A DNA stretch of 64,000 nt, from assembly GCA_036785375.1 (NCBI GenBank), contig JAWMAR010000182.1:806001-870000 (forward strand), written 5' to 3'. Under the pieces are notes generated by a model that searched no databases, was not told where the DNA came from, and saw only the letters and a program-made list of their open reading frames with translations. Below, piece by piece: positions 43,191-56,710 of the stretch. The translations under genes were made by a program, and so were the position numbers. The DNA is from Leucoraja ocellata (Eukaryota). Position 1 is the stretch's first letter. Each line of letters starts with the position of its first letter.

Positions 43191-44520
43191 TACTTCCCCC
43201 CTCTCTTTTTTACTTCCCCTCTTCCCAGTGTTCCACCTGGATGGACACCTATTTGTGCCTTTTCCCAGCCCCCTGTGCTTCCAGATTCTGATTGACTTTG
43301 GCAGAATGCTTACAATGAGTCACTCAACCTCTGAAGATGGACACAAAATGCTGGAGTAACTCTGCAGCAACTCTGGATAGAAGGAATGGATGATTTATTG
43401 AGTCGAGATCCTTCTTCAGACACTTCACACGTCCTTTGTCTCTTCAATTACTTCCGTTTTCCAGACCACCACTCCCTCATCTTTACTATTAAAACCATTC
43501 TCTCTCATTCAATCTTTCCTCTTGTCAACACCTGATCATGGGCGAATATGAAGTCATGAATTGCATATTGAAGGCAAACATGGAGCCCAGCGACTAATCG
43601 GATGCCATTTTAATTCTACATAACATTAATTTGTATGCTTAATAAATGGATAGTTTAATCTGTATTTCCTCATTTGTAAACTTTTTATGCTCCACCATTT
43701 GTCCACATCAAAATTTAGCAGACTGTTATGTTGACCAAAATAATGAAAGCATTTTGTGTTAGTATCTGTTTCAACGTGTCCTATTTATTTTAGACAGAAG
43801 CAGCTGTCTTTATACATCTGCATTAACATATGAAAACTATTAAAATATATATTTTTACCTTTGACAACATAATCCCAGCAGCTGAAACTTAGCATCCACG
43901 TTAGGTGATTGTGTGGTTGCTTGGTAAAGGATTTATCTGCTCCTTAAGCTGAGGCACATCAATCAATCATATTATCAAGTGCCAAGCTTAAGGGCTTTAT
44001 GCTTCGTAATATTTTGCAGTTTCATTTGACTTTCCATGATGAGTCTATGACAGGAATTTAACTCCATAGTTGCATTTATGGCATAATCGTGAGGATATTT
44101 CATTGACATTAAAGGTACATGTCAAAGCTGGTCAAGGCCAAATTGATTTGAGAGTAACCCAGAGGGAAATTTCTTGAAGTAAGGAATCAAGTTAGATCCT
44201 TGCTATGCAGTCTCTTATCAACAGACAGTCAACAGAAAGCAAGAATTTATATTATTTTACTCCAAATTTGTATGAGTAACATTGGGCAAATTGAATTCAG
44301 ATTCACATGTGATCTATAATTTCATTTATGTAGTCTATGACATTATAGAATACATTACATTAAATAAATCAGCACTCTATAACAGGCTTATGTGTGATAA
44401 AGAAAACCTATTTTAGCCTGTTGTGTTAATATATAAACATTTATTTTGGGTTTCAAAGCCTTCCTGTGCAATGTAAATTACCCACTGATAGTGCACACCA
44501 CTGTCGGTATAGCAGGATCT

Positions 44521-45213
44521 TTACTTACTTACTTACTGACTTACTGCCTATTATGCCTCCTGGCATGTAGGGCAGCAACGAAGGTCCTCCACTCCTGTCT
44601 GTCCTGGGTTACCTTCTGGATTTCATTTCCTCCTCTACAGTTCGACGCCAGGTGGTTTTGGGTCTCCCTCTTTTCCCTTCCGGTGTCCAGTGCAGGGCTA
44701 TTCTTGGGATGCTGTCTTGTTCTCTTCTCAGTATATGGCCAATCCAGTTCCAGTGCCTTCTCATGATGATGATGTCCATGCTCTCTTGTTGGCATTGAGC
44801 AAGGTGATCTTGGTTGGATATGGTGTTTGGCCAATATATTCGTACATTCCAAAAACCTATCCTAGTCTTATGTTTGGCATTTAGAACTTTCCTGCCAGTG
44901 GCTTCCTTTCGGCTTTCATCATTGACATTCATCCTAGCATCTGTTGATAGCCCTGGAAGTCCATCACACCCAGTAGTGTTGATTCCTTCAGTTGCTGTTT
45001 CCGTAACATATTTGTTTATACGAGACAGGGTTATTAGCCCTGTGCTGAACCTCCAACCTGGAGGACCAGTGGATCGCTCTTCGTCTCGCCTCTACCCTTC
45101 GAACTGTTCAGCATGGGAGACCCTAACAGGAGACGAATCACCCGCTGGCATAGCTCTAGGGGTCACTGAGACACACAAGCTCCCCGACCACGACAAGGTT
45201 GCAATTCAACGTG
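44521..45213 (-). mobile_element. Internally deleted RTE-clade LINE
   Basis: RTE 5' region, then an ORF start (TRIGFWNVR) fused to the C-terminus (WIGHILRR, WTPEGKRGRPKTTW, QDRQEWR). Tail is (AGTA)n. Confidence 0.8.
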
Positions 45214-45460
45214 GAGGAATGTCCCTTGAATGGAAAAATATACAATATAAAAAAATATATTTCCATAGTACAGCCTGTAGCATAAAATGAAGAATGGAAT
45301 GTGGGCTTGAGTTAGAGGGAGAGGCTGGAACTTTTTCTTTGGGGGTAGGAGGGAAGATCCTATTGAGGTGTACAATATCAAGAGGGGCATGAATAATGTG
45401 AATATTCACATTTGTTTTCCCCGAGTAGTGGATTCAAAAACATTGGGCTTAAGGTGAGAG

Positions 45461-45494
<34 letters not shown>

Positions 45495-48400
45495 GACATA
45501 GGAAGCATTACAAGTTTTAAAAGACGGATTGATATATGGATAGGAAGGATTTAGTATGGTACGAGCAAATACAGGCAAATTGCACTAGCCATGTCAGTCG
45601 GCATGGGCAAACTGGGCCAAAGGGCTTGTTTCTATGCTGTGCGGCTCTCTGATTCTATTTGGGTGATCTGACTCTAATGACATTTTATCAACTAAAATTG
45701 TATTTTAGAATATAGAAAATTATTTGCTTCATCACACCTAGGCAAGCTCTCTTGAAGAGCTATATGTAATTGCTTTTTGAATGCCTTAATTGATATCCTG
45801 GACCTTATGTTGGAGTGTTTTAAGGAAATAATTCTAGATACTGTAGTTTTTGCCACACAAAACTCTTTATTTCTCTATTTTGCTGGTCATGTTAAATCTG
45901 TGTTCCCTGGTTCCCATTGCAAATGGCACCAGATGCCGCATGTTCTTTTCAAAAAATTATATTATGTTTTGTTTTTCGTTTTGAAACTAGTCTAGCATCT
46001 TAAACAGGCAGAATTGAAAGTGCTCATGGGGATAGGATTTCTGAGTTGATCTGAAGTTAATGTTCAATGATTTTACTCCCTTTTCTGGAATTAACATCAG
46101 TCCTCTCAACAATTCATCAATTTGAAAAATAGCTTTGTTCTAGATGACCTTTGCTGTCCATTTTCTAATAAAAATTATGAAGCATTTTTCCAGGATTGAT
46201 TGGTAATGGTAGATGTTTATAAAAAAACTCACTAAGTATAAAACCTGGTTCATATATTTGACCACTATTCCACTTAATTGGAAATTGCTCTGCTTTGCAG
46301 TGACAAATGGAACCCAATGACCTCCACTATCCAAATTTAATGGCACTAAATAAATTATCAATTATTTATACATGTTAAAACCTTTAATAAGGTTCTAGGA
46401 TGAGTTTATTGAATTCACAGTCTTCAGGAGGAGAAATTATGTCAAAAGTAAAAGAGGCAAAGGGCATCCCCACCTAACATTTTAAACTAATCATCCACTT
46501 ACCTTTGATCAGTCACTCAGCACTTGCCAGCAATTATCTGTGCTCGGCATGTTTCTTTACTCTTTGACATTGGAGGAAGTTAATAATAATAAAAAAAATA
46601 GTTCCAACCTAATTAGATATGTAAGCATCAAGACACAGATTCTGTTGTTTGTGTTCAGTCTTTGTTCTCTATATTTAGCCACAATTCCACCAAACAGACA
46701 AAGCTGAACATGGTAACTGTTCAAAACTACAGCAAACTCTGCAGGCAGATGAATCATTTTGTATAACTAAATTTAGAAAATAAATAAGTATGAAGTAAAC
46801 GCACAATAGTTTAATGGAGTATTTTGAGAGTCTTGTTTAATTTTGGGTGGGATTTTGGAGGAAAATCGAAACTAGCTAAAAGACGTTTTATGAATGCTTT
46901 AATGTAAAGAATGTTGGTAAACCTGCAAAAGGAAAATATCTATTACCTTCCGACAAATATAAAATTTTGGTCTCAGGTTCATCACACTCCTTGACTGCAG
47001 TACAATTGGATTTTGAATTAGCTTCTTACCCCACAGTACCGTGTAAAATGAACCAACTACAACCACTTTTCCTGTTCCCTCTGAATCATGCATTTCTCAG
47101 ATTTTGACTGGACTTCACCAATATTCTTATTTATTCATTACTCTTGTCTGTGTTTTGACCACAGCAAAGAGTCACATCCCTGTTACAAAATCATTGATAG
47201 AGTTCCATTGACTTCCTGTGCCATGGAGTTTCCAATTTGAGATTTTTTCATCAGCCTGCACACTTTATTTCTGCGAGGTTCCCAATCCTTTGTTCCCTCT
47301 TGTTCTTTGAAAAAGGTTACTACACTTTATTTTTTCTTGATTTATTTACAACTTATTTTATCACTAATAATTTTAATTATAGTTGCCACTTCTCCAATTC
47401 TTGCAACCCGAGCACCTCCATTTTTGCTCTTATCTAGAATTGTATTTATCTTCTTACAATTCTCCTTCCTTTCTCATCAATTTCACCACCCTGTAGATTA
47501 GTACACAATAATTTTAGCGAGGTTACTTTGCTAGAAAATTAACAACATTTATTGAGTTGCCAACTATTTAAGTCAACCTAAATATTGCACGGAGACTTGG
47601 ATAGGATAAGACAATTTACCGAATTGCACACTCACACTTTCCTGAAAGTTGCTAATGTGTTGGCAGAAGATGGGAATCTGAAATGGGACTGACATCCTGC
47701 AATACATTCTGAACCTTTCAAAAAACATTGAGTCTATGTGACACGATAGATAAATTGTTTATTGGGTCAGCACAAAGTAATCTGTTAAGTCTCTAGCCTG
47801 AGGCGCAATTTCACATAACCATTGTTTAAAATAATCATAAGAATCGATTGACTGCATTGATTTCTAACATTTTCAAGTGATTTATAATACTTCCTACCCA
47901 AAATCTATGAGTAGAGTAAGCAGGGATGGTTTCAGGTGGAGCATAACAAATGGTTTTGAGGCATTTGTCATCCTACAGTATCATCTTCCTCATTAAACTT
48001 GCATGGAATAACTCTCAAAGGTCTCATTGAGGTTCTCAATGGCCTGCTTACTTTGCTGCATTTGACTGACTTATTTTAAGATCATTTTACTGAGGAAGTG
48101 TTAAAAAATAACACTTCTTGGGTATGCTGTTCATCAGTAGGTGACATTTCCTGTCCTTGGTTTTTTCAGACCTGATAATCCAACAGAACAAGCTGCCAGG
48201 AGACTGCACAAATGATATGAAACCTAGTAAATTATGGTCATTACATTTCCAAGAAATGTTTGGTAAGCCATAGGAGAAGATGGGGGTTGAATAGTACCTT
48301 TCATTTAAATGAACCTATTAATCAAATAAAATTCTGAAAATATTACAATGAAATTTACTCTTTGTAATTTTGACTATTCTGGCAATTACTATTGAAGCTG

Positions 48401-48684
48401 CTTCTGCCCAGAAATCATATTAGGAAGCTCTTTAATGCAACTATGTGACCAGAACAGCCTTTCATTTCAATTCCAATCTGTTGGTAACTGGAGCATTCTC
48501 TCGATTTTATACACGTCTATAAGATCACCCCTCAGCTTCCTGCACTCCAAGCCAGCTCAATCTCCATCTATCGCTCAGGTTCTCAAGTTCTGGTAACATC
48601 CTCATTAATCTTCTGTACATTTTTTTCAGTTCAACAACATCCTTCCTATAGCAGGGTGACCAAAGCAGAACATAATATTCCATA

Positions 48685-49005
48685 GGTACACAAAAATGCT
48701 GGAGAAACTCAGCGGGTTGTTCATGCCATCCGGACGCAACCTTGAATTCTCCCAATTTTGCTAGCCCTTGCTGTCTCCTCCCCTTCCTTAACCCCCGAGC
48801 TGCCTCCTCCCATCCCCCCGCCCTCAGGCTCCTCCTCCTCCCTTTTTCCTTCCCTCTCCCCCCCACCTCCCATCAGTCTGAAGAAGGGTTTTGGCCCGAA
48901 ACATCACCTATTTCCTTCGCTCCATAGATGCTGCTACACCCGCTGACTTTGTCCAGCATTTTTGTGTACCTTCAATCTTCCAGCATCTGCAGTTCCTTCT
49001 TGAAC
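48685..49005 (+). mobile_element. Penelope-derived insertion with inverted 5' piece
   Basis: 15-bp TSD ACATAATATTCCATA at 48670-48684 / 49006-49020. Hammerhead-like core at 48878-48905. Confidence 0.8.
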
Positions 49006-49268
49006 ACATAATATTCCATATGCTGCCTTGCCAACATCTTATACAACTGAGACATAATACGAGTTATTACCATGACTGGTGAAGGTCAATGTACCAAAAG
49101 CCTTTTTTACTAACTTTCTTTTACCTATGATGCAAGTTTCAGGGAACGATATGCCAGCAGTCCTAAATGTCTCTGCTCTACACACTCTCCAGGGCCTAAC
49201 CATTCACTGTGAAGGTTCTGCCCAGGTTTGCCTTCCCAAAATGCAACAGCTCACACTTGTCTGCATTA

Positions 49269-49504
49269 TGCCCCTGTCCCACTTAGGAAACCTGAACAGA
49301 AATCTCTGGAGAATTTGCGCCCCACCCAAAGTTTCCGTGCGGTTCCCGGAGGTTTTTGTCAGTCTCTCTACCTGCTTCCACTACCTGCAATTTCCGGCAA
49401 CCTCCTGCAACCTCTTGCAATCTCCGTGAACCGCACGGAAACTTTGGGTGGGGTGCAAATTCTCCAGAGATTTCCGTTCAGGTTTCCTAAGTGGGACAGG
49501 GGCA
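49269..49504. mobile_element. 236-bp fold-back MITE
   Basis: Arms 49269-49345 / 49428-49504 match at 75 of 77 positions, both mismatches at CpG. TA on both sides; centre made of 10-bp CCTGCAA subrepeats. Confidence 0.9.
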
Positions 49505-49779
49505 TAACATTCCATTAACCATTCCTCAGCCCACTTGCCCAACTGATCAAGATTATGCTGTTAGTTTTGATAACCATCTTCACTGTCTGTGATACTACCT
49601 ACTTTAGTGTTATCTGCAAACTTACTAAACATGCCTTATACAATCCCATCCAAATCTTTGATATAAACCAAATATAGTATCTTTGATATAAACCACAACA
49701 GTAATTGGCCCAGTACCCATCCCTGATCCTCCGATCCAAAACAAAACCTTACAGCAGCCCCTGCTGCTTTGTTGATAGA

Positions 49780-50250
49780 AGGCAATAAAGTTCAGTCATC
49801 TTCCTCCTTTGTTCACCCGTGATCGGGGCCTTTGAATGGGGCCGTTGGCGACGGTCCGCCGTTCAAGCCCTCACATCGGGATGATCGAAACTCCGGCGTC
49901 GGTATGGATTAGAACATTAGAGCATGGAGCTCCCGAGTCGGCCGCTTCTTACTTCACGGTGTTATTCAAGGCTCCTCAATGGTCAGTCCACGCCGGTCTC
50001 CAGGAAAGGCCGAACCACTCCACGTTGTAAGCCACAGGGGGGACAGAGATGCGGCACGGAGAAAAATCGCATATCCATTGAGGTAAGTGACTGGAAAAAG
50101 GTTTACCCCCGATCCTCCCCTCCGCACCCCCCATATAAAACATACCAAGACACATTAAAACAAACCTTCAAGATATACTTAAAATAATAAAAACAGCGAA
50201 GGAACAAGACAGACTGCTGGCGAGGTGGCCATTACGGGCGCATTACGGTG
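49780..50250 (-). mobile_element. GC-rich non-coding retroposon, partial
   Basis: Shares gaaggca..aaagttcagt.atc.tcctc..tgttcacccgtg.tcgggg and aagtgactgg.aa blocks with 55880-56710. Confidence 0.55.
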
Positions 50251-50308
50251 GTCACTAGATAGGACCTTTAGTTAACATTTCATCTGAAAGATAGTTGTTT
50301 TGCTAATA

Positions 50309-51904
50309 CAATCCATTCAGAAAGTATTCAGACCCCTTCACTTTTTCCACATTTTGATAGATTACACTTAATCTAAGATGGATTAAATTCATTTTTTTAT
50401 CATCAATCTACACACCATACCCCATAATAGAAAAGCGAAAAAGGTGTTCAGAAATTTTTGCAAAATAATTAAAAAGTAATAACTGAAATATCACATTTAC
50501 ATAAGTATTCAGACGCTTTACTCAGTACTTTGTTGAGGCACCTTTGGCAGCGATTACAGCCTCAAGTCTTCCTGGGTATGACGCTACAAGCTTGGCACAC
50601 CTGTATTTGGGTAATTTCTCCAATTCTTCTCTGCAGATCCTCTCAAGCTCTGTCAGGTTGGATGGGGAGCGTAGATGCACAGCTACGTACAGGTCCCTCC
50701 AGAGATGCTTGATCGGGTTCAAGTCCGGGCTCTAGCTGGGCCACTCAAGGACATTCACAGACTTGTCACGAAGCTCCTGCATTGTCTTGGCTATGTGCTT
50801 AGGGTGGTTGAAGGTGAACCTCCGCCCCAGTCTGAGGTCCAGAATGCTCTGGAGCAAGTTTTCATGAAGAATCTCTGTACTTTGCTCCGTTCATCTTTCC
50901 CTCAATCCTGACTAGTCTCCCAGTTCCTGCCGCTGAAAAATATCCCCACAGCATGATGCTGCCACCACTATACTCTACTGTAGGTATGGTATTGGCCAGG
51001 TAATGAGCGGTGCATGGAATCCTCCAGACGTGACGCTTGGCATTCAGGCCAAAGAGTTCAAACTTGTTTTCATCAGACCAGAGAATCTTGTTTCTCATGC
51101 CTTTTGGCAAACTCCAAGCGGGCTGTCATGTGTCTTTTACTGAGGAGTGGCTTCCGTCTGGCCACTCTACCGTAAAGGCCTGATTGGTGGAGTGCTGCAG
51201 ATATAGTTGGCCTTCTGCAAGGTTCTCCCATCTCCACAGAGGAACTCTGGAGCTCTGCCAGAATGACCATTGGGTTCTTGGTCGCCTCCCTGACAAAGCC
51301 CTTCTCCCCCGATTTTCTCAGTTTGGTTGGGCTACCAGGTCTATGAAGAGTCCTGGTGGTTCCAAAATTCTTCCATTTAAGAACGTCAGAGGCCACTGTG
51401 CTCTTCGGGACATGCAATGCTGCAGAAATTGTTTTATACCCTTCCCCAGATCTGTGTCTTGACAAATCCTGTCTCGGAGGTTTATGGACAATTCCTTCGT
51501 CTTCATGGCTTGGTTTTTGCTCGGACATGCACTGTCAACTGTGGGACCTTATATGGACAGGTGTGTGCCTTTCCAAATCATGTCCAATCAATTTAATTTA
51601 ACACTGGTGGACTCCAATCAAGTTGTAGAAACATCTCAAGGATATTCAATGGAAATAGGATGAACCTAAGCTAAATTTTGAGTGTCATAGCAAAGGGTCT
51701 GAATACTTATGTAAATGTGATATTTCAGTTATTTCTTTTCAATTACTTTGCAAAAATTTCTAAACACCTGTTTTCACTTCTTTGTTCTGGGGTATTGTGT
51801 GTAGATTGATTATTAAAAAAAAAATTAATCCATTTAAAAATAAGGCTGTAAAGTAACAAAATGTGGAAAAAGTAAAGGGGTCTGAATACTTTCTGAATGC
51901 ACTG
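50309..51904 (-). mobile_element. Tc1-family DNA transposon, IR/DR type, full length but defective
   Basis: TA at 50307-50308 and 51905-51906. ~210-bp TIRs beginning CAGTGCATTCAGAAAGTATTCAGACCCC, with the AAGTATTCAGAC motif repeated at the inner TIR ends. Confidence 0.93.
50522..51506 (-). pseudogene. Tc1 transposase pseudogene
   Basis: MKTKELS, VARRKPLL, ILWSDE, GGSIMLWG, NPIKHLW and KGASTKY lie in different frames. The QQDND motif is deleted near 50805. Confidence 0.9.
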
Positions 51905-52069
51905 TATAAGATTTGATACCAAGGGACTCATAAAATGGCCAAATAACTACATTAGTCTGAGTGAATCAAACAATGGAGATAATTTTATATTAGCACATTA
52001 AGCAGATGCAGTGTGTTCATCCAAAATAGGACTTAGAAGCATGTAATCCAGAATCTAACTAGGGATGTA

Positions 52070-53410
52070 ACTCAAAGATGTGACCAGAAATAGACCTGCC
52101 TCATGGCAAGATCATAAAGTTGACCGAAAGTGAGATCCTTGGGTGAACTTAGTCATGGGTGGACCTGACTGAGAGTAGGGTTGTATAACTGATCAAGAAA
52201 GAATCCTTGCATTCAACTGAGAATTGGATTCTAGGTTTGCTTGAGAAATATCTTTGATTTGATTGTGTACCCTGAGTTGTGGTGTGCTGTGCTTGGCTGA
52301 CAGTGGGATCTGGTTTTGGTGAAGAGTGGGATTCTAGACATGATTGAGAGTAGGATCTGGAAATTGACCAAGAGTAGGATCTTAGTTTTGATGAAGAGTG
52401 GTAGGGTTTGTCCAAAGCTGGTATCTGCACTTGAGTAAGAGTGTGATTCTGGATGAGTGAACATGTGATCCTGGACTTCACTGAGAGTGGTCATTTGGGT
52501 TTAAGCGAGAGTTAAATTCTTAGCATGAACAAAAGTAAGGTCTTAGATTTGAACAAAATTGTGGTCCTAGGCTTGAGTGAGAGTAAGATCCTAGGTTTGG
52601 CTGAAAGGTTAATTCTGGGATTGACCATATGTTTTATATGGATGATGAAAAGTGGGACTTTAAACTTGATTGAGATTGAGCATTGGACTGGCAGGATTGT
52701 ACTTATGGCTGAAAGTGAGGTATTAGGTTTGATAATCAAGAGGAAGATCCTTAATTTTACTGAAGATTACTAAACAAGAAATGAATGTGGACTTGACTAG
52801 GTGTGGAGTCATAAGCTTGACTGAGTATGGGAACCTTAACCTGAGCAAGGATGGGATCCTAGATTGACCAAGAGTAGGATCCTGGACATGATTAAGAATG
52901 GTCTGCATGACCTGCATGAGAATAGGATCCAGGGATCTAGAGTTGCCCTAGCATGGGTTCCTGGACTTGTCTGAGATTGGGATTCCAGACAATCAAGAAA
53001 GAATTCTGAATTTTACTGAACTGAATTATGCAATCCTACACTTGTCTAAAGGTAGGATCTTAGACTTGATGAAGAAAAGATCATGCACTTAATAGGACTA
53101 GTTTTGACTGAATGTAGGGTTCTTGTTTTGACCATGAATGGGATCCTCGACATGTGTGGGAATGGGATGTTGGACTTGACTGAGAATGGATTCCAGTTTG
53201 ACCTAGAGTGAGATCCGCAGAAATTGTGCACCTATCCCCCCCCACCATCCCCCCCCCCCCCCCCCCCCCCTTCTCCCTTCTGTTTTTTGTTTTTCTGTTT
53301 CTTGTTTTTTGTGCTAAATTGTATGTATGCACTGAGTACGAGCAGCTTTCAGTTTCACTGTACATGTATAGTGACAATAAATGGCATATCATATCATAGA
53401 TCCTGGACTC
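52070..53410. repeat. Degenerate 24-bp tandem array (consensus ~GGACTTGACTGAGAGTAGGATCCT)
   Basis: GAGT(A/G)GGAT recurs at 52324, 52348 and 52372, and similar units run throughout. Interrupted at 53217-53397 by a LINE-tail insertion with TSD AGATCC. Confidence 0.75.
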
Positions 53411-55879
53411 CTCTGTGCGCACACTGTGAAGCTTAGCAAAGGAAGTGTTTTACTGTGCCTTGGAATGGAAACCAATCACAATTTAACATATAATTACAAT
53501 GATAATAATCAATGGACTATTCCACATTTTTCATCTTTAGGAAACAGACAAAAGTTTTTTTTTAATGTTGTCATTTTTAAGTTGATTATCATTTTGTCAG
53601 CACACTAAAACATGCAATTCACAATGATTAATTAATGAATTATTACAATTTTATTCTTGATTAGCTTTACCTACCATATTCTTTGGACCAAATTACCAGT
53701 AACTAGTAAATTCATTGTTCACACTGGATGCAATTTAGTATTTTGGAGGAAAGTGTATGGTTTTTTTTGGCTGCGATTTTTTCCAGTCTGAGTCAACAAC
53801 TTGCTATTAAAATGGGAAGAACAATTTTTCACAGAATTTGGAAACCTCAAGTTTAGCCAACGATTAAGAGTAGGTTGCAATCCAATAAAAGAAAGAGCCC
53901 ATCAAATTAACCCACACAGTGGAAGTCTTCTGCCATGTGTGGCAGCTATGTTTGTCAAAGTCAACTCATTGCCAACTAGCAGAACAGAAAAATATTTGTT
54001 CTCAAAAATGCGATGTTATATGCAGAATATAATCCTCTGTGTGACATCTTCTTTTGCTGTAAATGCCTACAATGATAAAACAATGACTCCAGTGTATCCT
54101 TTTTAATTCTGAATGTTTGTAATGTAAACCATGGCACTATTATTGTAACCATAGCAATAAGTGCAAAAAGCATTTTTTCAGAATATGGAGGTAATGACAA
54201 ATAAAGTATACACTTCTGCAAAATAGTAGAATCAAAAACATATGCTTCATTTAAAACTGAATGATAGCAGGACTTATTGGAGAAGAATGAAATCATCAGG
54301 AAAATCTTCATCATTGCATGAGTTTCCCTGCAATGAATGGTCATGGCACCTATGGGCAATGGAGTTTTGCTTTAGAGGTTTTTTTTGTAATAACACATTT
54401 GCTTATTTATTGGAGGACTTATTGGCATCAGTCCGATGTGAAGCATACGCAGCAGACTGAGAAAGCAATAAGTAATGACCAAAGTACGTGGCTACTTCTA
54501 ACAAGCTTGACTTAATTTGTTTTATTCCTCTTTACAATGACTTTTGCAATCAAGTAACAACTGGTGTTTCATCCTGTGAGATTTACAAATTCTCCGGATG
54601 AGTCAGTGCCCTAAAGATAAAGACAAGTGAAAAAATATCACGTACTACGGAAATAGAAATGGTATTGACAATATGTGGCAATTTCCTCACCCCTGGCTGC
54701 AACAAAGAGTGCAATGACTTTACCAGGGTAAGTAGAGTAACACACCTACCTGTCTCTCTTTTTTGTCTTCAGGCTACAAGCCTAAGGTTCTAAAGCTGAA
54801 CAGCTGTGCACTATCATTCCCAATGCACTCTGCACAACAGGACACTAAGCTTTATAGTGGGGCTGTCAATTTCCTGTGACTGCAATTCATTAGCTCTGAG
54901 ACCAATATTTCAATTTCAACACAAAAATATCACACTTCTGTCATTTCGCAATTGTTACTCATTTGCAAGCCTTCACCGGTTCATTCAGTTATATGTGAAG
55001 ATGAGCAAAGTGTCCATGGCAGGTAAATTAGAAGGCATCACCTAACCATATAATGCACGGGGTCATATTATAGAGAACAAACTGTAGAACCCTTGGGATC
55101 TCCTGACTGCAGTCATGGGAGATAGTGAGATGGGGAACTGTGTAGGTCCCAGGTAAGTACCTAAACCCCAACTACACAATTCTCACTGCAAAGACTCCAA
55201 GAGAAAAGCAGGGAGCAACAGCACCCATTATATATGGTTTTCTTCGACTGGACCAAAACCTTTAATTCCAACAACTCTCCTCACATTTTGCTGGCCATGG
55301 AAATACATCTCCATATTATGTTTGCACTATGACAGAATGTGAGCCATGGTACTAACCAACAAGTATACATTAGAACCAATCTCTGAGAAAATTGCCTCAA
55401 GCAAGGCTACACCATTGCCTGAACTCTTGCCTCAGTGTTGCATTGTTACTCCTCACCTCAAACAAGCTTTTCATGGGAGTGGGGCGAATGTTCAGAATTA
55501 ATGGGAAATTGTTCGACCTACTTTAACAAAACTCATGAGCTTCAGTGGTGAATCCACATTATGTCGGCAACACATATGTGCATGCTTAGAGGCACAGCTC
55601 CAACTATTGTTGATTCATTCATAATAATATATGAAAGAATGGACTTTATACTTGACAGATGCAAGCCCATAGTACTCTTTGAAACTGTCCCCTCTGCACT
55701 TCACTTAGCTCTGAGTTGTATGGCAAGAATTGGACAATTTCCAATAGCTTGGGAGCCACTCATTGGCAAAGGCAGACATTAATGATGAAACTCAACACTA
55801 TTGTGTACCTTCGATTTTCCAGCATCTGCAGTTCCTTCTTAAACACTACCATAGCCTTTGATCGATTGAGAAAAATTAT

Positions 55880-56710
55880 ATTTGAAGATCAAGTACAGAA
55901 ACAGTGACATTTGTGGTTACCATACAGCCATACGAATAAAACAAAAAGAACACAGAACACGATAGTCTTTAATACAAACATCCACACGCAGCGGAATCAA
56001 AATTTCCCACTGTGAGGGAAGGCACCAAAGTTCAGTTATCCTCCTCTGTTGTTCACCCGTGGTCGGGGGCCTCCCGAGCCCCCCGCTGTCGCCGCTACGG
56101 GCAGCCCGATGTTCAGGCCCTCCCGCCGGGATGATGGAACTCCGACGTCGGAATGGGAGAACATTCTCAGCGGCTTGGACCTCCGAATCGGCGACTTCTT
56201 ACCGGAGACCGCGGCTCCTGAAGTCCACAGGTCGAGCTGGGCGGAGATTCATGCCGGTGGCCATCGGCAAAGGGATCCCAGGACTCCGCGATGTTGGTCA
56301 GCGCCGTCTGTGGCTGGGAGCTCTGCAAATCACAGCTCCACAATGTTGAAGCAGAAGGCCCAACACTCCGGAGCTTCAAACGGCGATCCAAGGTAAGGCA
56401 TCGCCCTCTCCGCGATGTATCCAGCGTTGCGCCGCTGCTGAAGCTCTGGTCCGGACTCCGGCAGGAAAGGCCACGCCAATCCAGTTGGTAGGCTGCGAGT
56501 GGGAAGGGGGTGCGAGGACGCGACTCAGAGAATAGTCGCATCCTCGCCAGCAAGTGACTGGGAAACAGTTTTCCCCTTACCTTACCCCCCTCCCCCCCAG
56601 AAATACTTTTTAAAAATCCTCCAAAACATACTTTTAAACAAACTAAAAATAGAAAAAAAGATAGAAACACAGACATACTGTAGGAGAAGGCTGCCATCAT
56701 GCGGCACCCC
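55880..56710 (-). mobile_element. GC-rich non-coding retroposon
   Basis: Shares cagccatac..aacatccac..cactgtga.gga.ggca with 12800-12905, and further blocks with 49780-50250. Confidence 0.55.

Larger units (their letters stand above)
48500..49720 (-). mobile_element. Old CR1 RT fragment hosting two younger insertions
   Basis: EYYVLLWSPCYRKDVVEL..RMLP and FADNTKV-like motifs on the minus strand. Confidence 0.65.
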
